From a virus: 64,000 nucleotides of DNA. Where the stretch lies: positions 37,702 to 101,701 of the IMG/VR virus record IMGVR_UViG_3300045007_000107; one strand, given 5' to 3'. The notes below the pieces were generated by a model. That model saw only the letters and a list, made by a program, of their open reading frames with translations. It ran no database searches and had not been told where the DNA came from. How positions within the stretch are numbered: the stretch's first letter is position 1; every line of letters starts with the position of its first letter. The position numbers and the translations under genes were made by a program. Positions 51,601-58,496 of the stretch are shown piece after piece.

Positions 51601-53484
51601 GCGTCTATTGCAATCCACCATCCGACTTCCATCGGGGCTGGTCAGTACGCTTACATCGATCTAACACATCCGCAGGCCGACGGCACTATGTACTCGCATC
51701 TGCGCGTCCAGGGAGGTAAGCTCTACGAGTTCTCGGTTTACCTCTCTGCGCACCGCTGTGCAGGCTACGCTCAGGCATTCTGGTGGAGTGCCGAGAACGG
51801 TTACGCTGATGCCGGCACAACGAACGTAATCAACTATGTTGCTGGTAATGGCGCTCCTGCCGATAACTGGCGCGCAAAACTGAAGACGCGCGCGCCAGCT
51901 TGGGCTACGCATATTCTGTTGCGCATCTTCATGGGGCCGGGCACGGACAACTCTGCCCCTTACGTGTTTGCGTCTGGCCTCTACCTTGGTCTGGTGCCGG
52001 AAGGTCTGCCCAGCAACGTCTTTTCCGACTATGCACCGCAGTCGCGCACGATCATCTCGGGCGGGTCCATCGCGACCAACTCTCTCGACGCGTCCAAGAT
52101 CGTGTCGAAATCAATCACGACAGATCACATCAAGGCTGCAAGCCTCGACATCAATAACATTGCCGTGGATGGTACGATCTCGGCACATAAGCTCTCGTCC
52201 GACGTGCTGATAGCTGACCGTATCCGGGTATGGGGTGACTACACTCTTGCCGGCTGGCGCAGCGGTACAGAGATTGCTGGCGGCGTCATCGCCTCTAACA
52301 CGATCAGGGCACAGAGCCTTTTGATCGGTTCGCGACCGATGACGGTCGTCGGCTTGAACTTCGAGATGCAGGTCGATGGCAATGGTAACAAGACCGGCTG
52401 GATGACGTGGACCGGTGGATACCTTTCTATCATCGGTGACGGCGGCGAGAACGCAGGTTTCAACATCAACGCAGGTTCGATCTATACCAACTTCCAGGAG
52501 ACACACATCTGGTGGAACCGAGGTTGGGCCGACCTCGCGGGTCGAGTGGGTGGCTCCGATGCCCCTGTCGGCGCCGAGAAAATCGCCATGGCCTACTGGT
52601 CGCCTTCATCCGGCCTAGCCGTGCTCAAGGGCGGTACTAACATTGATGGCGATAAGATTACGACCCGCTCGATTAAAGCCGCCAAGATCGGTGTGGCCGA
52701 AATCCAGACCGATCACATGGGTTTTAACTCGATCCACGGCAACCGGATCGTAGTAGGAACTCTTGAAGCCGACCGGATTACGTCGGGCGTTATCCAGGCC
52801 GGTACTATCCAGCTTGGCACCACTGGTAGATTTCAGTTGCAAGCCGATGGCCGCCGTATGCGGATCTATGGCAACAACTGGTCCGAGCAGGTCTGTATCG
52901 GTGACATCTCGCCGTGGGTGACGGGTCAGGAGAGCCAGAACTACTTTGGCATCATCGTCCGCAACCAGGATAACCGGGAGATATTTAAGGTCGGCGGTGA
53001 CGTTGCCTGGATTGACGGCGCCTTCATCAGCCAGGCTTCGATTGGTGCAGCGCAGATCGGGGACCTACAGGTCAAGAACGCCCACATCGATAACCTGACT
53101 ATCGGTAATGGTAAAATCTCTGACTACGCCATCTCTACCCTTACGGCTGCGTCGAGCGGAGGCACGTCCACTGACACATGGACCGCTGCGCGGACGGGTG
53201 CCTCAAAGTTCCTTATCCTGGCGTTGTTCAACGGTAATTCCAGTTCGGGCAGTTTGGCAGGGCCGGGTAACTTCATCATCTACCGGAATGGCACTCCGCT
53301 TATTAATGTCGCTGCGTCATTCGCTATCGTCAGGGTCGGTAGTGAGAACCAATTCTACCTGAACTCGATGTGTATTGGCTGCATCGACCAACCCGGTGCA
53401 GGTAGCGTAAACTACCAGTGCCTCCACACGAACGGTCAGGGTGTCGGTGGCGTTACCATCCTTGCCTTGGAGATGTCGAAATGA
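42697..53484 (+). CDS. Host-specificity protein J / central tail fibre, 3595 aa (FN3 domains plus six CBM-like modules)
   Basis: LIDLLSEGPVQG, VPSNYDP, WDGTFK.AWTDNPAW, RYGLG; repeated N.A.NPDFSQG..GW modules. Confidence 0.92.
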   Translation: MASNTRAPVQVSDNLKSKATMRLIDLLSEGPVQGFVNPFQSIKADGVPVQTPGGSFNITNCRISFRDGQPVQRPIPGFTDTENDRPVNKPVSTRSNSVGKVYVDNGGAGYTYANVTLVGGLGQPGKKDDGSPWVPTAGATAHAVISGGRIVDIVIDIPGENYITPPTVQISGDGTGASASAELTNTAFYRVEDPLADAVRVGVRTGPMQLTNDYGDVAGYYVSHRVEYRTQAAPRWRMAAFDSSFLPSNGGETLATTAIRKLVTVMVPARSSYTLRLFGSNMTTGRYDQQLKVVTGYNASDAPTLIYETITALDLEFGVWYSVVAADGNAPVEVLQDTYLNLVTPDVQINGKTSSGVGESYRFDIPTDQGWVDVRCIRTSTDDFTKYHTSSLIFDVCTEIQSSTMMYSDSAVVGWELDADYMNAVPKRTYDIYGRIVRVPSNYDPAARAYGPFWDGTFKYAWTDNPAWIFFDLLTHDRYGLGNWIDDSVIDKGALYLIAKHCDELVPGNEAGTFVPRWTFNKQIMTANEAYSVLNTMASVFKGMIYWSAGTIFATQDRPGPVRRTVSPSKVINGDISYVGVSAAAEHSVARVEYNDETREDGKGIEIYEDPELIEKLGYVPTDIVAFACTSRHEARRVGKWLIDSEKYANKVATFRAGWDFADVVPGDIVAIADPNYAGVRQGGRFVQTAASSVKLDAPYEFEAGQNYTLTAAIPTMGRVNAVRGNPTIQGNRTFWAHPIYGLKPDDLIIFGTDPKQYKVQTVNGNGQITLDQPYVGDQTRGVHWTVLRGSSFYQSSFVNLLEVPVNHPGAVTTDQITLSHPLPVVPQVGADWLLSASNVVPRQFRVQSVRPVDKGRFEIVALEHDPNKYLRVEQDIAILPPITTNIPDEPVQTPKNLDITESRFLRRNVSLQRITLSWEDGSVFSPASGYYISARLPDGTFEQLGFTSNLSFDYDEPAPGDYTFYVTALGTSGDYSQPAEKEYTAILWEGQAGPYITNLAVVGGYGPQAQFFQGRAPVIKWDVTFPADVPAYATESVIRIYDADTDALLRIVQTAASTYTYAFEDNYEDGGKRPRRKMRFSVTVKDVAGRESAPKVVIAYNPPPDAVDVELGSTSELLSITVTGTGDPDLAGYLIWVSQEPGINTYTTPPTLDITTQSALVRATPNATYYVRAAAYDVFGKDPAYLNASVEKSKKITIQIFDPEPPSIPGQPVLVSNTAEVSTDGVISSRIVFSWPAVTSTNLGYYEAYMAVGGNPSSDQYVGGLTTEGTEISVPGLMPGRVYSFVVRAHSKNGFAVSEPSPVLVVTAALNTTAPSAPTDFHVEPSFEAANLTWTNPPERDLRGIEVWVGTQEGDGTLFTEVPAPGSFFRYPMNGATTRAFWIRAINTSGTPSGWVGPISATSPLIQAAQLANEIIDDTKVAASLLINKTVNELPATKGSEQVTYQGKVYRWDAETGGYVPLIRTLDLSGVILAEQIDSVNKEAIAAALAESKIKTDQLDGKLAATQIAGQLTGDQIENLAITAAKFAQGLSPIQDVTALPDLATWNGASFVRLTVDGKLYRIVNGAWTKNVDISDTVGTVPENRLPDISASKLYGDLDQARIKTLEVSKLTGKMSADQQLELDAAKIAGQLTQATMGLAQVVGTVNGQLVNDQIAAGLNAAKVSGALDYAYLAAENLSTTIKTTNIADNAITTPLIKAGAVVAEHVAAQQITASKLLITDMSNMVLNGDFGGSAEVGSLEAWTLANGQISTSDDADLGGKHRFRTTARDAAFSNYIHCAEGDDIYASAMNWNASNYKVNLFIVFESDALSGAARYSFWQVASRDPQQNSWLKLEGRAKCPGGYNKFRVLLQSDREGNGDGTAVFWGKVTARRAASAQMIVDGAIIADKIDTNAVKARHITAGSVTASKMSIVSANMAFNPDMSQGTRGWRQTWEPNVPNGSALSVSNDYAPAGHKSLAIHGIGNLPANAIVQVANQYLTPEGEYRNYTITPDATYELSAYLSTHRCSGHLVAVAIDDNGNTVGEWHSNHIVYRDNWRGSYEDFPRGKVVFTVPSTARLLHVVVRLVDPTGPDPYVFVSALMLASSVAGRTVEDVSPYVAPGLTTIDGGNIYTNSLHANKIIADSITAREIHADAIETRHIKAGAIETSHMDAGSINADILVSGSVKALQLSASAVTASKLGIVSSNMAYNPDFSQGTRGWVHRGGDLPGIQPQYVERNMYAPDGHASIVLFASVTAANAAGKYYDIGTYRISANEATETYRVTPDVCYEFSCCVSTHRCAAQLFVQWFDANGNHIAFTGTDPSVSDTQVNRGTYADYPKLKHIVWAPAGAATAAPFVRMMNVIADTPYVFISCFMMAATRKDAAETSPYVVPGVTTIDGSGIITNSLEAGKITAGTITTRELNVTNIFADTAVISNISAKVLVTDAIKTDMIKAGQITGSKLLIASANMAYNPDFSQGLRGWYAYYGQYAASEVVEFGINTDWCPTGFKAAMVRTTRTGPQPDTRFGLQQGLVRADGSLGDYPVIAGSTYEFSAFMSNHRCEAWIYVDFVSRNANGTSNYLQTSIGTLPNGSGGGAGGDPATYPRIRLVAKAPAGATYAIVYFMGNNPSGPDVPYLFVSGFMMAACREGMPAAETSPYVAPGITSIDGSTIITNTIKARHIEAGSINTGHMTANTIDAKVLTSGSIVAGKLAADAVEAINIKADAITASKLYLTDLSNMVQNGDFLDGTSEGWWLYGDGHINTSGTPGEPGGKWRCVGSSEYVIARSSKWVQVNPGDVLYASVMVFNNKPGSGAAGLYFEMYNQEDGDGQGSHIYTNQHFGWVRVEGRVTVPAGRQKVRVCLFADYPDPGQYTYFGKVQVRRANSAEMIVDGAITANKIEARAIKSGHIDTDTINAGHITTGAIGTDELAAGAITADKIAVGLNTGNLIWNSDFALNGFWQGPATSPGYTDIQVYRDTTWHISGTEASIAIHHPTSIGAGQYAYIDLTHPQADGTMYSHLRVQGGKLYEFSVYLSAHRCAGYAQAFWWSAENGYADAGTTNVINYVAGNGAPADNWRAKLKTRAPAWATHILLRIFMGPGTDNSAPYVFASGLYLGLVPEGLPSNVFSDYAPQSRTIISGGSIATNSLDASKIVSKSITTDHIKAASLDINNIAVDGTISAHKLSSDVLIADRIRVWGDYTLAGWRSGTEIAGGVIASNTIRAQSLLIGSRPMTVVGLNFEMQVDGNGNKTGWMTWTGGYLSIIGDGGENAGFNINAGSIYTNFQETHIWWNRGWADLAGRVGGSDAPVGAEKIAMAYWSPSSGLAVLKGGTNIDGDKITTRSIKAAKIGVAEIQTDHMGFNSIHGNRIVVGTLEADRITSGVIQAGTIQLGTTGRFQLQADGRRMRIYGNNWSEQVCIGDISPWVTGQESQNYFGIIVRNQDNREIFKVGGDVAWIDGAFISQASIGAAQIGDLQVKNAHIDNLTIGNGKISDYAISTLTAASSGGTSTDTWTAARTGASKFLILALFNGNSSSGSLAGPGNFIIYRNGTPLINVAASFAIVRVGSENQFYLNSMCIGCIDQPGAGSVNYQCLHTNGQGVGGVTILALEMSK

Positions 53485-54334
53485 TGTTTTCTGCGTCAAC
53501 ACTCCCGCCTGACGGTAACGGGGAGGTGGTGCCCGAGGACGAACTCGTTAGCGTCGCCTTCGTCTCTTACGATGAGGACGGGCGGATCACCGCAACACGT
53601 CAAGAAGCTGTGTATTTTCTAGTCAAGCGTTACGAGGCCGGGGAGCGGGTAGCAAAGGGGGAGGCCGATGGTCTCACCCACTACGTCGTAAACGAAAAGA
53701 TCACGCTTCGTCCTGCGATACCGGGCGGCTGGGATACGACTACTCTAGCCCCCGGTGATACGGCTACGTGGGAGGGGCTACCTGCCTGTAAGGTAGAGAT
53801 CAGCGGCCCTATCGGGGATATCGTACACGAGCACGAGGGCGGGGACTTGCAGCTATCGTTCCTAGTCCCCGGATCGTACAATATCCTCGTGGAACCGTGG
53901 CCCCATCCGATAAGCCGCACCACGTTGGAGGTAACGGAATGAAATCCCCGGTTATCATTGGTCCTTCACTGGACGACCTTAAGCTACGGGCGCGGGAGCT
54001 AGTAATGGAGCACTTCGTCTCCCGTGCCGAACAGGATCTTGTGCCGCCTACCATGCGCGCCAAGTACGTGCAAAAGCTTACGGAGGCGACGACCTACCTA
54101 CGCGATGGTACGGAGTCCGATTTACTTAAGCGTGAGGCTGAGATACGGGGCATACCCATCGCAGCCCTCGCCACCATGATCACTCAGATGGGCGTACCGT
54201 CAGACGATATGGAGCTAGATCGCACTCGCGCTAACCTAGCTATTGACGGTGCGAACGATCACTCGGGTGTCTTGGTCGTCCTACGTAACCTCGGCATTAA
54301 GTACAGGGCGCGCCCCGATCCGAATAAACTTTAG
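53481..54334 (+). other. Two tail-fibre-associated genes (53481-53942, 53939-54334)
   Basis: ATGA coupling after J; second is chaperone-like (EAEIRGIP..ALA). Confidence 0.6.
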
Positions 54335-54436
54335 AGCCCTACTAAAAATACCAGCAAAGTAGCAAGTACCCCCAGGGTCGTCATATACTATGGCGACCTT
54401 TTTCTTTGCAGCCGTCTGCAAGCTAGGAACCGACTG

Positions 54437-55315
54437 ATGCTCACGTCTCAACAACTGTACGGACGCCATCTGCCGATGACCCGCGAGGGTGTCGTTGCGG
54501 CGGCGCTTACGCTCAAGGTCGATCCCCCGACCATCGCCACCGTGATCGCGGTCGAGGCGGGCTCCGATCCGTTCCTCAGTGACGGTCGGCCCAAGATCCT
54601 CTACGAGGCGCACAAATTCGGTGCGTTTACGAAGCACAAGTACGCCAACATCACTGATGCCAAGGGTCGCGCCATCTCGGCCCGCAAGTGGACGAAGTCG
54701 CTCTATGGTGCGGCGGGTGCGTGGCAGTACCAGCGCCTCGAAACCGCAATGAAGTACGACAATCCGGCCGCCCTGCGCGCAGCGTCTTGGGGTGGCTTTC
54801 AGATCCTTGGGGACAATCACCGCGCCTGCGGCTACGGCCACGTGGACGACTTTGTTCTCGACATGGCCGACAGCGGCGACAAGCAGTTGCTTGCCTTCAT
54901 CAAGTTCATCCAGGCCAACGGCCTCGCGGACGAACTGCAAGACAAGAAGTGGGCGGCATTCGCCAAACAGTATAACGGTCCCCTGTACGCGCAGAACCAG
55001 TACGACAAGAAGCTGGCGCAGACGCACAGCAAGATGGTCACCGATTGGGTCCTGCGCTTTGCCAAAGCTGTTGACCCCGAGGCGCTCGATCCGCAGGGCG
55101 GTGAAGAGACGGTGGGCGTTCGCGTCTTCTCCCGAGCCGAGATTATGGCCGTGCAGGCGACACTTAACGCTTCGCGTGTGCTGATCAGCCCGATCAAGGC
55201 GGACGGCTGGTGGGGTCCGAAAACCTCGGCCGCCGTCAAGGCTTACCAGAAGTTCTTCAAACTCGAAGCTAATGGTGAGCTGACCGAAGAAACCCTGGCG
55301 CACCTCGACGTGTAA
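54437..55315 (+). CDS. Endolysin: N-acetylmuramidase (DUF3380-like) plus C-terminal PG-binding domain
   Basis: VEAG..GRPKILYEAH, ASWGGFQILGDNH, WAAFAKQYNGP.Y, ADGWWGPKTSAAVKAYQ. Confidence 0.92.
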   Translation: MLTSQQLYGRHLPMTREGVVAAALTLKVDPPTIATVIAVEAGSDPFLSDGRPKILYEAHKFGAFTKHKYANITDAKGRAISARKWTKSLYGAAGAWQYQRLETAMKYDNPAALRAASWGGFQILGDNHRACGYGHVDDFVLDMADSGDKQLLAFIKFIQANGLADELQDKKWAAFAKQYNGPLYAQNQYDKKLAQTHSKMVTDWVLRFAKAVDPEALDPQGGEETVGVRVFSRAEIMAVQATLNASRVLISPIKADGWWGPKTSAAVKAYQKFFKLEANGELTEETLAHLDV

Positions 55316-55316
55316 T

Positions 55317-55610
55317 ATGACGCCCGAGATTATCGCCGGCATCCTAGGTTACGGGGGACCAGGGTTAGTCATCCTGATCCTTCTTCTCGTTGCGAAGCGG
55401 CTTTTCGATCTGCTGACCGAGGAGCAAAAGGCGCACCGCATCACTGCCGTCACGGCGGCAGAGAACTCGCACAAGTTCGCGGACGCGCTAGAGAACACGA
55501 ACGACATCATTAAAAATACCAATGAGAAGATCGACAAAGGTAATGAAAAAATAGACGCATTGGGTGGCATGATCCGCGACCGGCTTCCAGCTAAGTCGGG
55601 AGGTTCTTGA
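55317..55610 (+). CDS. Holin/antiholin-like single-TM protein
   Basis: N-terminal TM plus coiled coil, right after the endolysin. Confidence 0.55.
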   Translation: MTPEIIAGILGYGGPGLVILILLLVAKRLFDLLTEEQKAHRITAVTAAENSHKFADALENTNDIIKNTNEKIDKGNEKIDALGGMIRDRLPAKSGGS

Positions 55611-55786
55611 TGAGGCATATAATGCAGAAGCTTGCCTCGTTCTTCCACTTGCTGTTCCACGGCAACCCGGAAGGACCACAGCTTCATGAGGAGTTGCAGC
55701 GGGCACGCGCCCGCCAGGATGCGGCTGAGCGTGACCTACGCCACACAATGGAAGCGTTAACCAGCCCCAGGGGTCCGCAGCGATGA
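55610..55786 (+). CDS. 58-aa hypothetical protein
   Basis: TGATG and ATGA coupling at both ends. Confidence 0.5.
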   Translation: MRHIMQKLASFFHLLFHGNPEGPQLHEELQRARARQDAAERDLRHTMEALTSPRGPQR

Positions 55787-56307
55787 ATTTGTTTAGGCGT
55801 ATGATCAGGACCGATGGTAGTGCGATCCCCATCGTAGCCCTGTTACTAATGCTGCTGTATGGCCTACTCTGCCTTATCACGGACAATCAAGTCCTGATGT
55901 TAGGGCTGCACGTCACCCGTATCCTGATCGCGGTAGCGGTCATCATCACCTACTATCCGCACTGGTACAGCGCCTTTCATGCGGAACGCCTAGGCAAGGT
56001 CGATCAACTCGCCCTCGGCGTTTTCGTCACGTGGATGGCGGTGTTCTTCCATGCCTGTTACAGTCTCGCGTGGCGGGCGCTCGGCAACCCCGATTGGATG
56101 GTGCAGAGCGATATGATGGGTATCCCGTACTTCATCGCGATGATGGGCGGCACCCTGCATATCACGGCCATGCGGACGGAAAAGGGCACGGTGCCGATGG
56201 CGAACGTGACGATGGTTATGGTCGCATTCATCACCGGCATTCTCGCGGGCATGGCGGGTGCGTATTACGGGGAGATCCTGCAAAACTTGGAGAACCTCGC
56301 GCACTGA
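55783..56307 (+). CDS. Multi-TM membrane protein in the lysis cassette
   Basis: About five hydrophobic segments. Confidence 0.7.
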   Translation: MNLFRRMIRTDGSAIPIVALLLMLLYGLLCLITDNQVLMLGLHVTRILIAVAVIITYYPHWYSAFHAERLGKVDQLALGVFVTWMAVFFHACYSLAWRALGNPDWMVQSDMMGIPYFIAMMGGTLHITAMRTEKGTVPMANVTMVMVAFITGILAGMAGAYYGEILQNLENLAH

Positions 56308-56371
56308 TCTTTGCTTGCAGACGGCTGCACGATAGACGATAATGAAGCCCTCCTAACCAGAGGGCTTTGTT

Positions 56372-56905
56372 ATGCACGGACGAAACATTCGCGCGGCCAT
56401 GCTCGCGTTCTCGATCTTCGCAGTCGTGGTGGTCTTCCCCATGATGGCGTTCGCCCAGGACGCGAGTACGGTCGTCACCCCCTTCGACACGATCTACAAG
56501 GGCTATGTCGAGCCCATCGTGCTCAGCATCGTCGGCGTGATCGTCACCGCGATCATCGCTTGGGTGTCCGCGATCATCAAGCGATACACCGGCATCGACA
56601 TCGAGGCCAAGTACGGCAAGCGCATCCACGATGCGGTGATGACCGGCGTGTCGGCGGGCCTGACGAAAGCCGGCATCGCGGCGGCCGACTTCAAGATCGA
56701 TGTTCACTACCAGATCGTCGCCGACGCGGTGAACTGGACGAAGCGGACGGTACCGGACGCGCTCGATCACTTCGGCATGACGGCCGAGGAGATCCAGAAG
56801 CTCGCCCTGTCCAAGGTCGGTCTGCTCGCCGAGAGCGGCGTTACCCCGTTCAAGGGCGATGTCGCCACCCTGGCGCCGGCCGTGCGTGCGACCGACCACG
56901 GCTGA
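56372..56905 (+). CDS. Holin-like membrane protein
   Basis: Signal-like N-terminus, TM and helical C-terminus; lysis context. Confidence 0.55.
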   Translation: MHGRNIRAAMLAFSIFAVVVVFPMMAFAQDASTVVTPFDTIYKGYVEPIVLSIVGVIVTAIIAWVSAIIKRYTGIDIEAKYGKRIHDAVMTGVSAGLTKAGIAAADFKIDVHYQIVADAVNWTKRTVPDALDHFGMTAEEIQKLALSKVGLLAESGVTPFKGDVATLAPAVRATDHG

Positions 56906-57249
56906 TGCTCAGCTACGTCAAGATTGCACTGGCCCTCATTCAGCTAGTGCAATACTTCGTGAAGCGAGCCGACGAGAAGCGGCTCATTTCACAGGGCGAG
57001 AAGCAGCAGATCGCCGCTGCTCTCTCAGAGGTCAACCAGATGGTCACGGAGGCCAAGCATGTTGAGAACAGCGTTGATCGCATGTCTAGCGATGCTGTGT
57101 CTGACGAACTGTCAAGGTATTACGCAACCGATCCTGGACCTGGGATTGGCGGCGACCGGCGGGAGTCCCTCTCTCTCGACAGTGCAACGGGCGCGACAGG
57201 CCGGTTCGTTCTGCCAGATCAGCAAGAGCATCCCGGTCGAAAGAACTAA
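56905..57249 (+). CDS. Putative i-spanin (Rz-like)
   Basis: N-terminal hydrophobic segment plus coiled coil; overlapped by a lipoprotein gene. Confidence 0.6.
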   Translation: MLSYVKIALALIQLVQYFVKRADEKRLISQGEKQQIAAALSEVNQMVTEAKHVENSVDRMSSDAVSDELSRYYATDPGPGIGGDRRESLSLDSATGATGRFVLPDQQEHPGRKN

Positions 57250-57397
57250 CATCCCGGCGATTGCCGAGATGACGCGTCGGGGCATCCTGACGGAAAACCT
57301 CAAGCACGACTGCTTGTGCAACACGGGGCGCGTTCCCGAGGCACGGTGCGCCGAGGTAACCAAGGGCGTCTACATGGTCCTGACGCAACGGCGGTAG
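57059..57397 (+). CDS. Putative o-spanin lipoprotein (Rz1-like)
   Basis: MLRTALIACLAMLCLTNC lipobox, in another frame within the upstream gene. Confidence 0.6.
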   Translation: MLRTALIACLAMLCLTNCQGITQPILDLGLAATGGSPSLSTVQRARQAGSFCQISKSIPVERTNIPAIAEMTRRGILTENLKHDCLCNTGRVPEARCAEVTKGVYMVLTQRR

Positions 57398-57517
57398 CCG
57401 AAAGAACGGACTAGACTTGAGGCCCCGGCCCCGTCGCAGTAATGTGGCGGGGTCGTCGTTTGTGGCGATACCTCGTGCGGTCTTGCAGCCATCTGCAAGC
57501 AATTAGGGAGAGAGCGT

Positions 57518-57847
57518 ATGCCTCTTACGTTAGAGCCGGGTTGCATTGCTCGTCGCAAGCCCTCGCTGGGCACGGCGAACAACGCGCGTCACCTCGTCGT
57601 CACGAAGGTCTTCCCCGCCATGGGGATCGCCAAGTGCTTCTACGTCCGCTACGGCAAGCGGTACGGCTACAAGGTCATCGACGTGAAGATCGCGGAACTC
57701 GAAGTTCTGCTCAACTCGCCGGAACGGATGGCGGCCGAGGCCGGGGCCGATCCGCACGCCGCAGGCTATGGTTCTGGTAACGCCGGCACGCGGGCCACGT
57801 ACTTCGCCAAGGACCCCGGCGTCCCCGAGGCGCCGGAAGTTCCGTAA
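57518..57847 (+). CDS. Hypothetical protein
   Basis: GGGAG RBS. Confidence 0.6.
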   Translation: MPLTLEPGCIARRKPSLGTANNARHLVVTKVFPAMGIAKCFYVRYGKRYGYKVIDVKIAELEVLLNSPERMAAEAGADPHAAGYGSGNAGTRATYFAKDPGVPEAPEVP

Positions 57848-57874
57848 CGCAGTAAACGTAGTCCCGATTAACTA

Positions 57875-57903
57875 TTGCTATCTGGTAGGATCGGGGTTAC
57901 ATT
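57875..57903 (+). promoter_or_regulatory. Sigma70-like promoter of the RNA cluster
   Basis: TTGCTA-N17-TACATT. Confidence 0.55.
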
Positions 57904-57909
57904 AAACCC

Positions 57910-58026
57910 ATCGAACGGGGTTTCGTCCTCCTCCGGGGTTACCCGTTCGGTATCGCGGCCCCCGCATGTGGATTGCGTGTTTGCTCCGTAGCAGCGTTAT
58001 CCTCACCGCCATGCGGGGGCCGCGCC
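57910..58026 (+). ncRNA. Putative structured RNA(s): hairpin with UCCUCCUCC loop plus long 15-bp-stem hairpin
   Basis: CGAACGGG/CCCGTTCG stem; CGCGGCCCCCGCATG (57954-57968) pairs perfectly with 58010-58024. Confidence 0.55.
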
Positions 58027-58033
58027 GCACTGA

Positions 58034-58109
58034 TGCCGGATAGCTAAGTTGGTAAAGCAACGGTCTTTGGTACCGTCATCCGCAGGTTCGAATCCTGCTC
58101 CGGCAACCA
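58034..58109 (+). tRNA. tRNA-Gln(UUG)
   Basis: TGCCGGA/TCCGGCA acceptor; ACGGT-CTTTGGT-ACCGT anticodon arm; GGTTCGAATCC; encoded CCA. Confidence 0.92.
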
Positions 58110-58115
58110 ATCTGG

Positions 58116-58190
58116 ATGGGCGTATTTCAGCGGTTAGAATGTCGGTCTCCAAAACCGAAGACGCGGGTTCGAGTCCCGCCGCCCGTGCCA
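58116..58190 (+). tRNA. tRNA-Trp(CCA)
   Basis: ATGGGCG/CGCCCGT acceptor; TCGGT-CTCCAAA-ACCGA; GGTTCGAGTCC; encoded CCA. Confidence 0.93.
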
Positions 58191-58307
58191 CCCCCGCTGT
58201 GAACAATGCGGTAGAGCTTTAGCTCCCCATAGGTGCAGCCCTAAATGGTGTTACGTTCATCGTAAGTGGTCCGACACTGATAAGCGCAAGACGCGTCATT
58301 TGGACGA

Positions 58308-58336
58308 TTGACAAAAATCTCACATATCCATAGTAT
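58308..58336 (+). promoter_or_regulatory. Sigma70-like promoter upstream of the AAA+ operon
   Basis: TTGACA-N17-TAGTAT. Confidence 0.65.
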
Positions 58337-58496
58337 GTCTCTGCCGTGGCAATGGCAGCGAATGAACAACGGGGCGTCAGCGATGACGCTCCGTTTTCTT
58401 TTGCCCGAAAGACCTATACGAGATTATTTTATTGCGCTAAGACAGGTGCTCGTATACTCTACGCTTGCGCATAGCGCGTTTGCCACGGAGCACCAC

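Noticed and set aside
42697-54334. Diversity-generating retroelement or invertible tail-fibre cassette
   Set aside because: No reverse transcriptase or invertase; J modules are diverged in-frame paralogous domains, not TR/VR pairs
58191-58305. Self-cleaving ribozyme or third tRNA
   Set aside because: Could not fit hammerhead, twister or pistol cores, nor a cloverleaf
58308-58496. N-terminal extension of the AAA+ ORF given in the ORF track
   Set aside because: The region holds promoter elements; the RBS-supported ATG is at 58497
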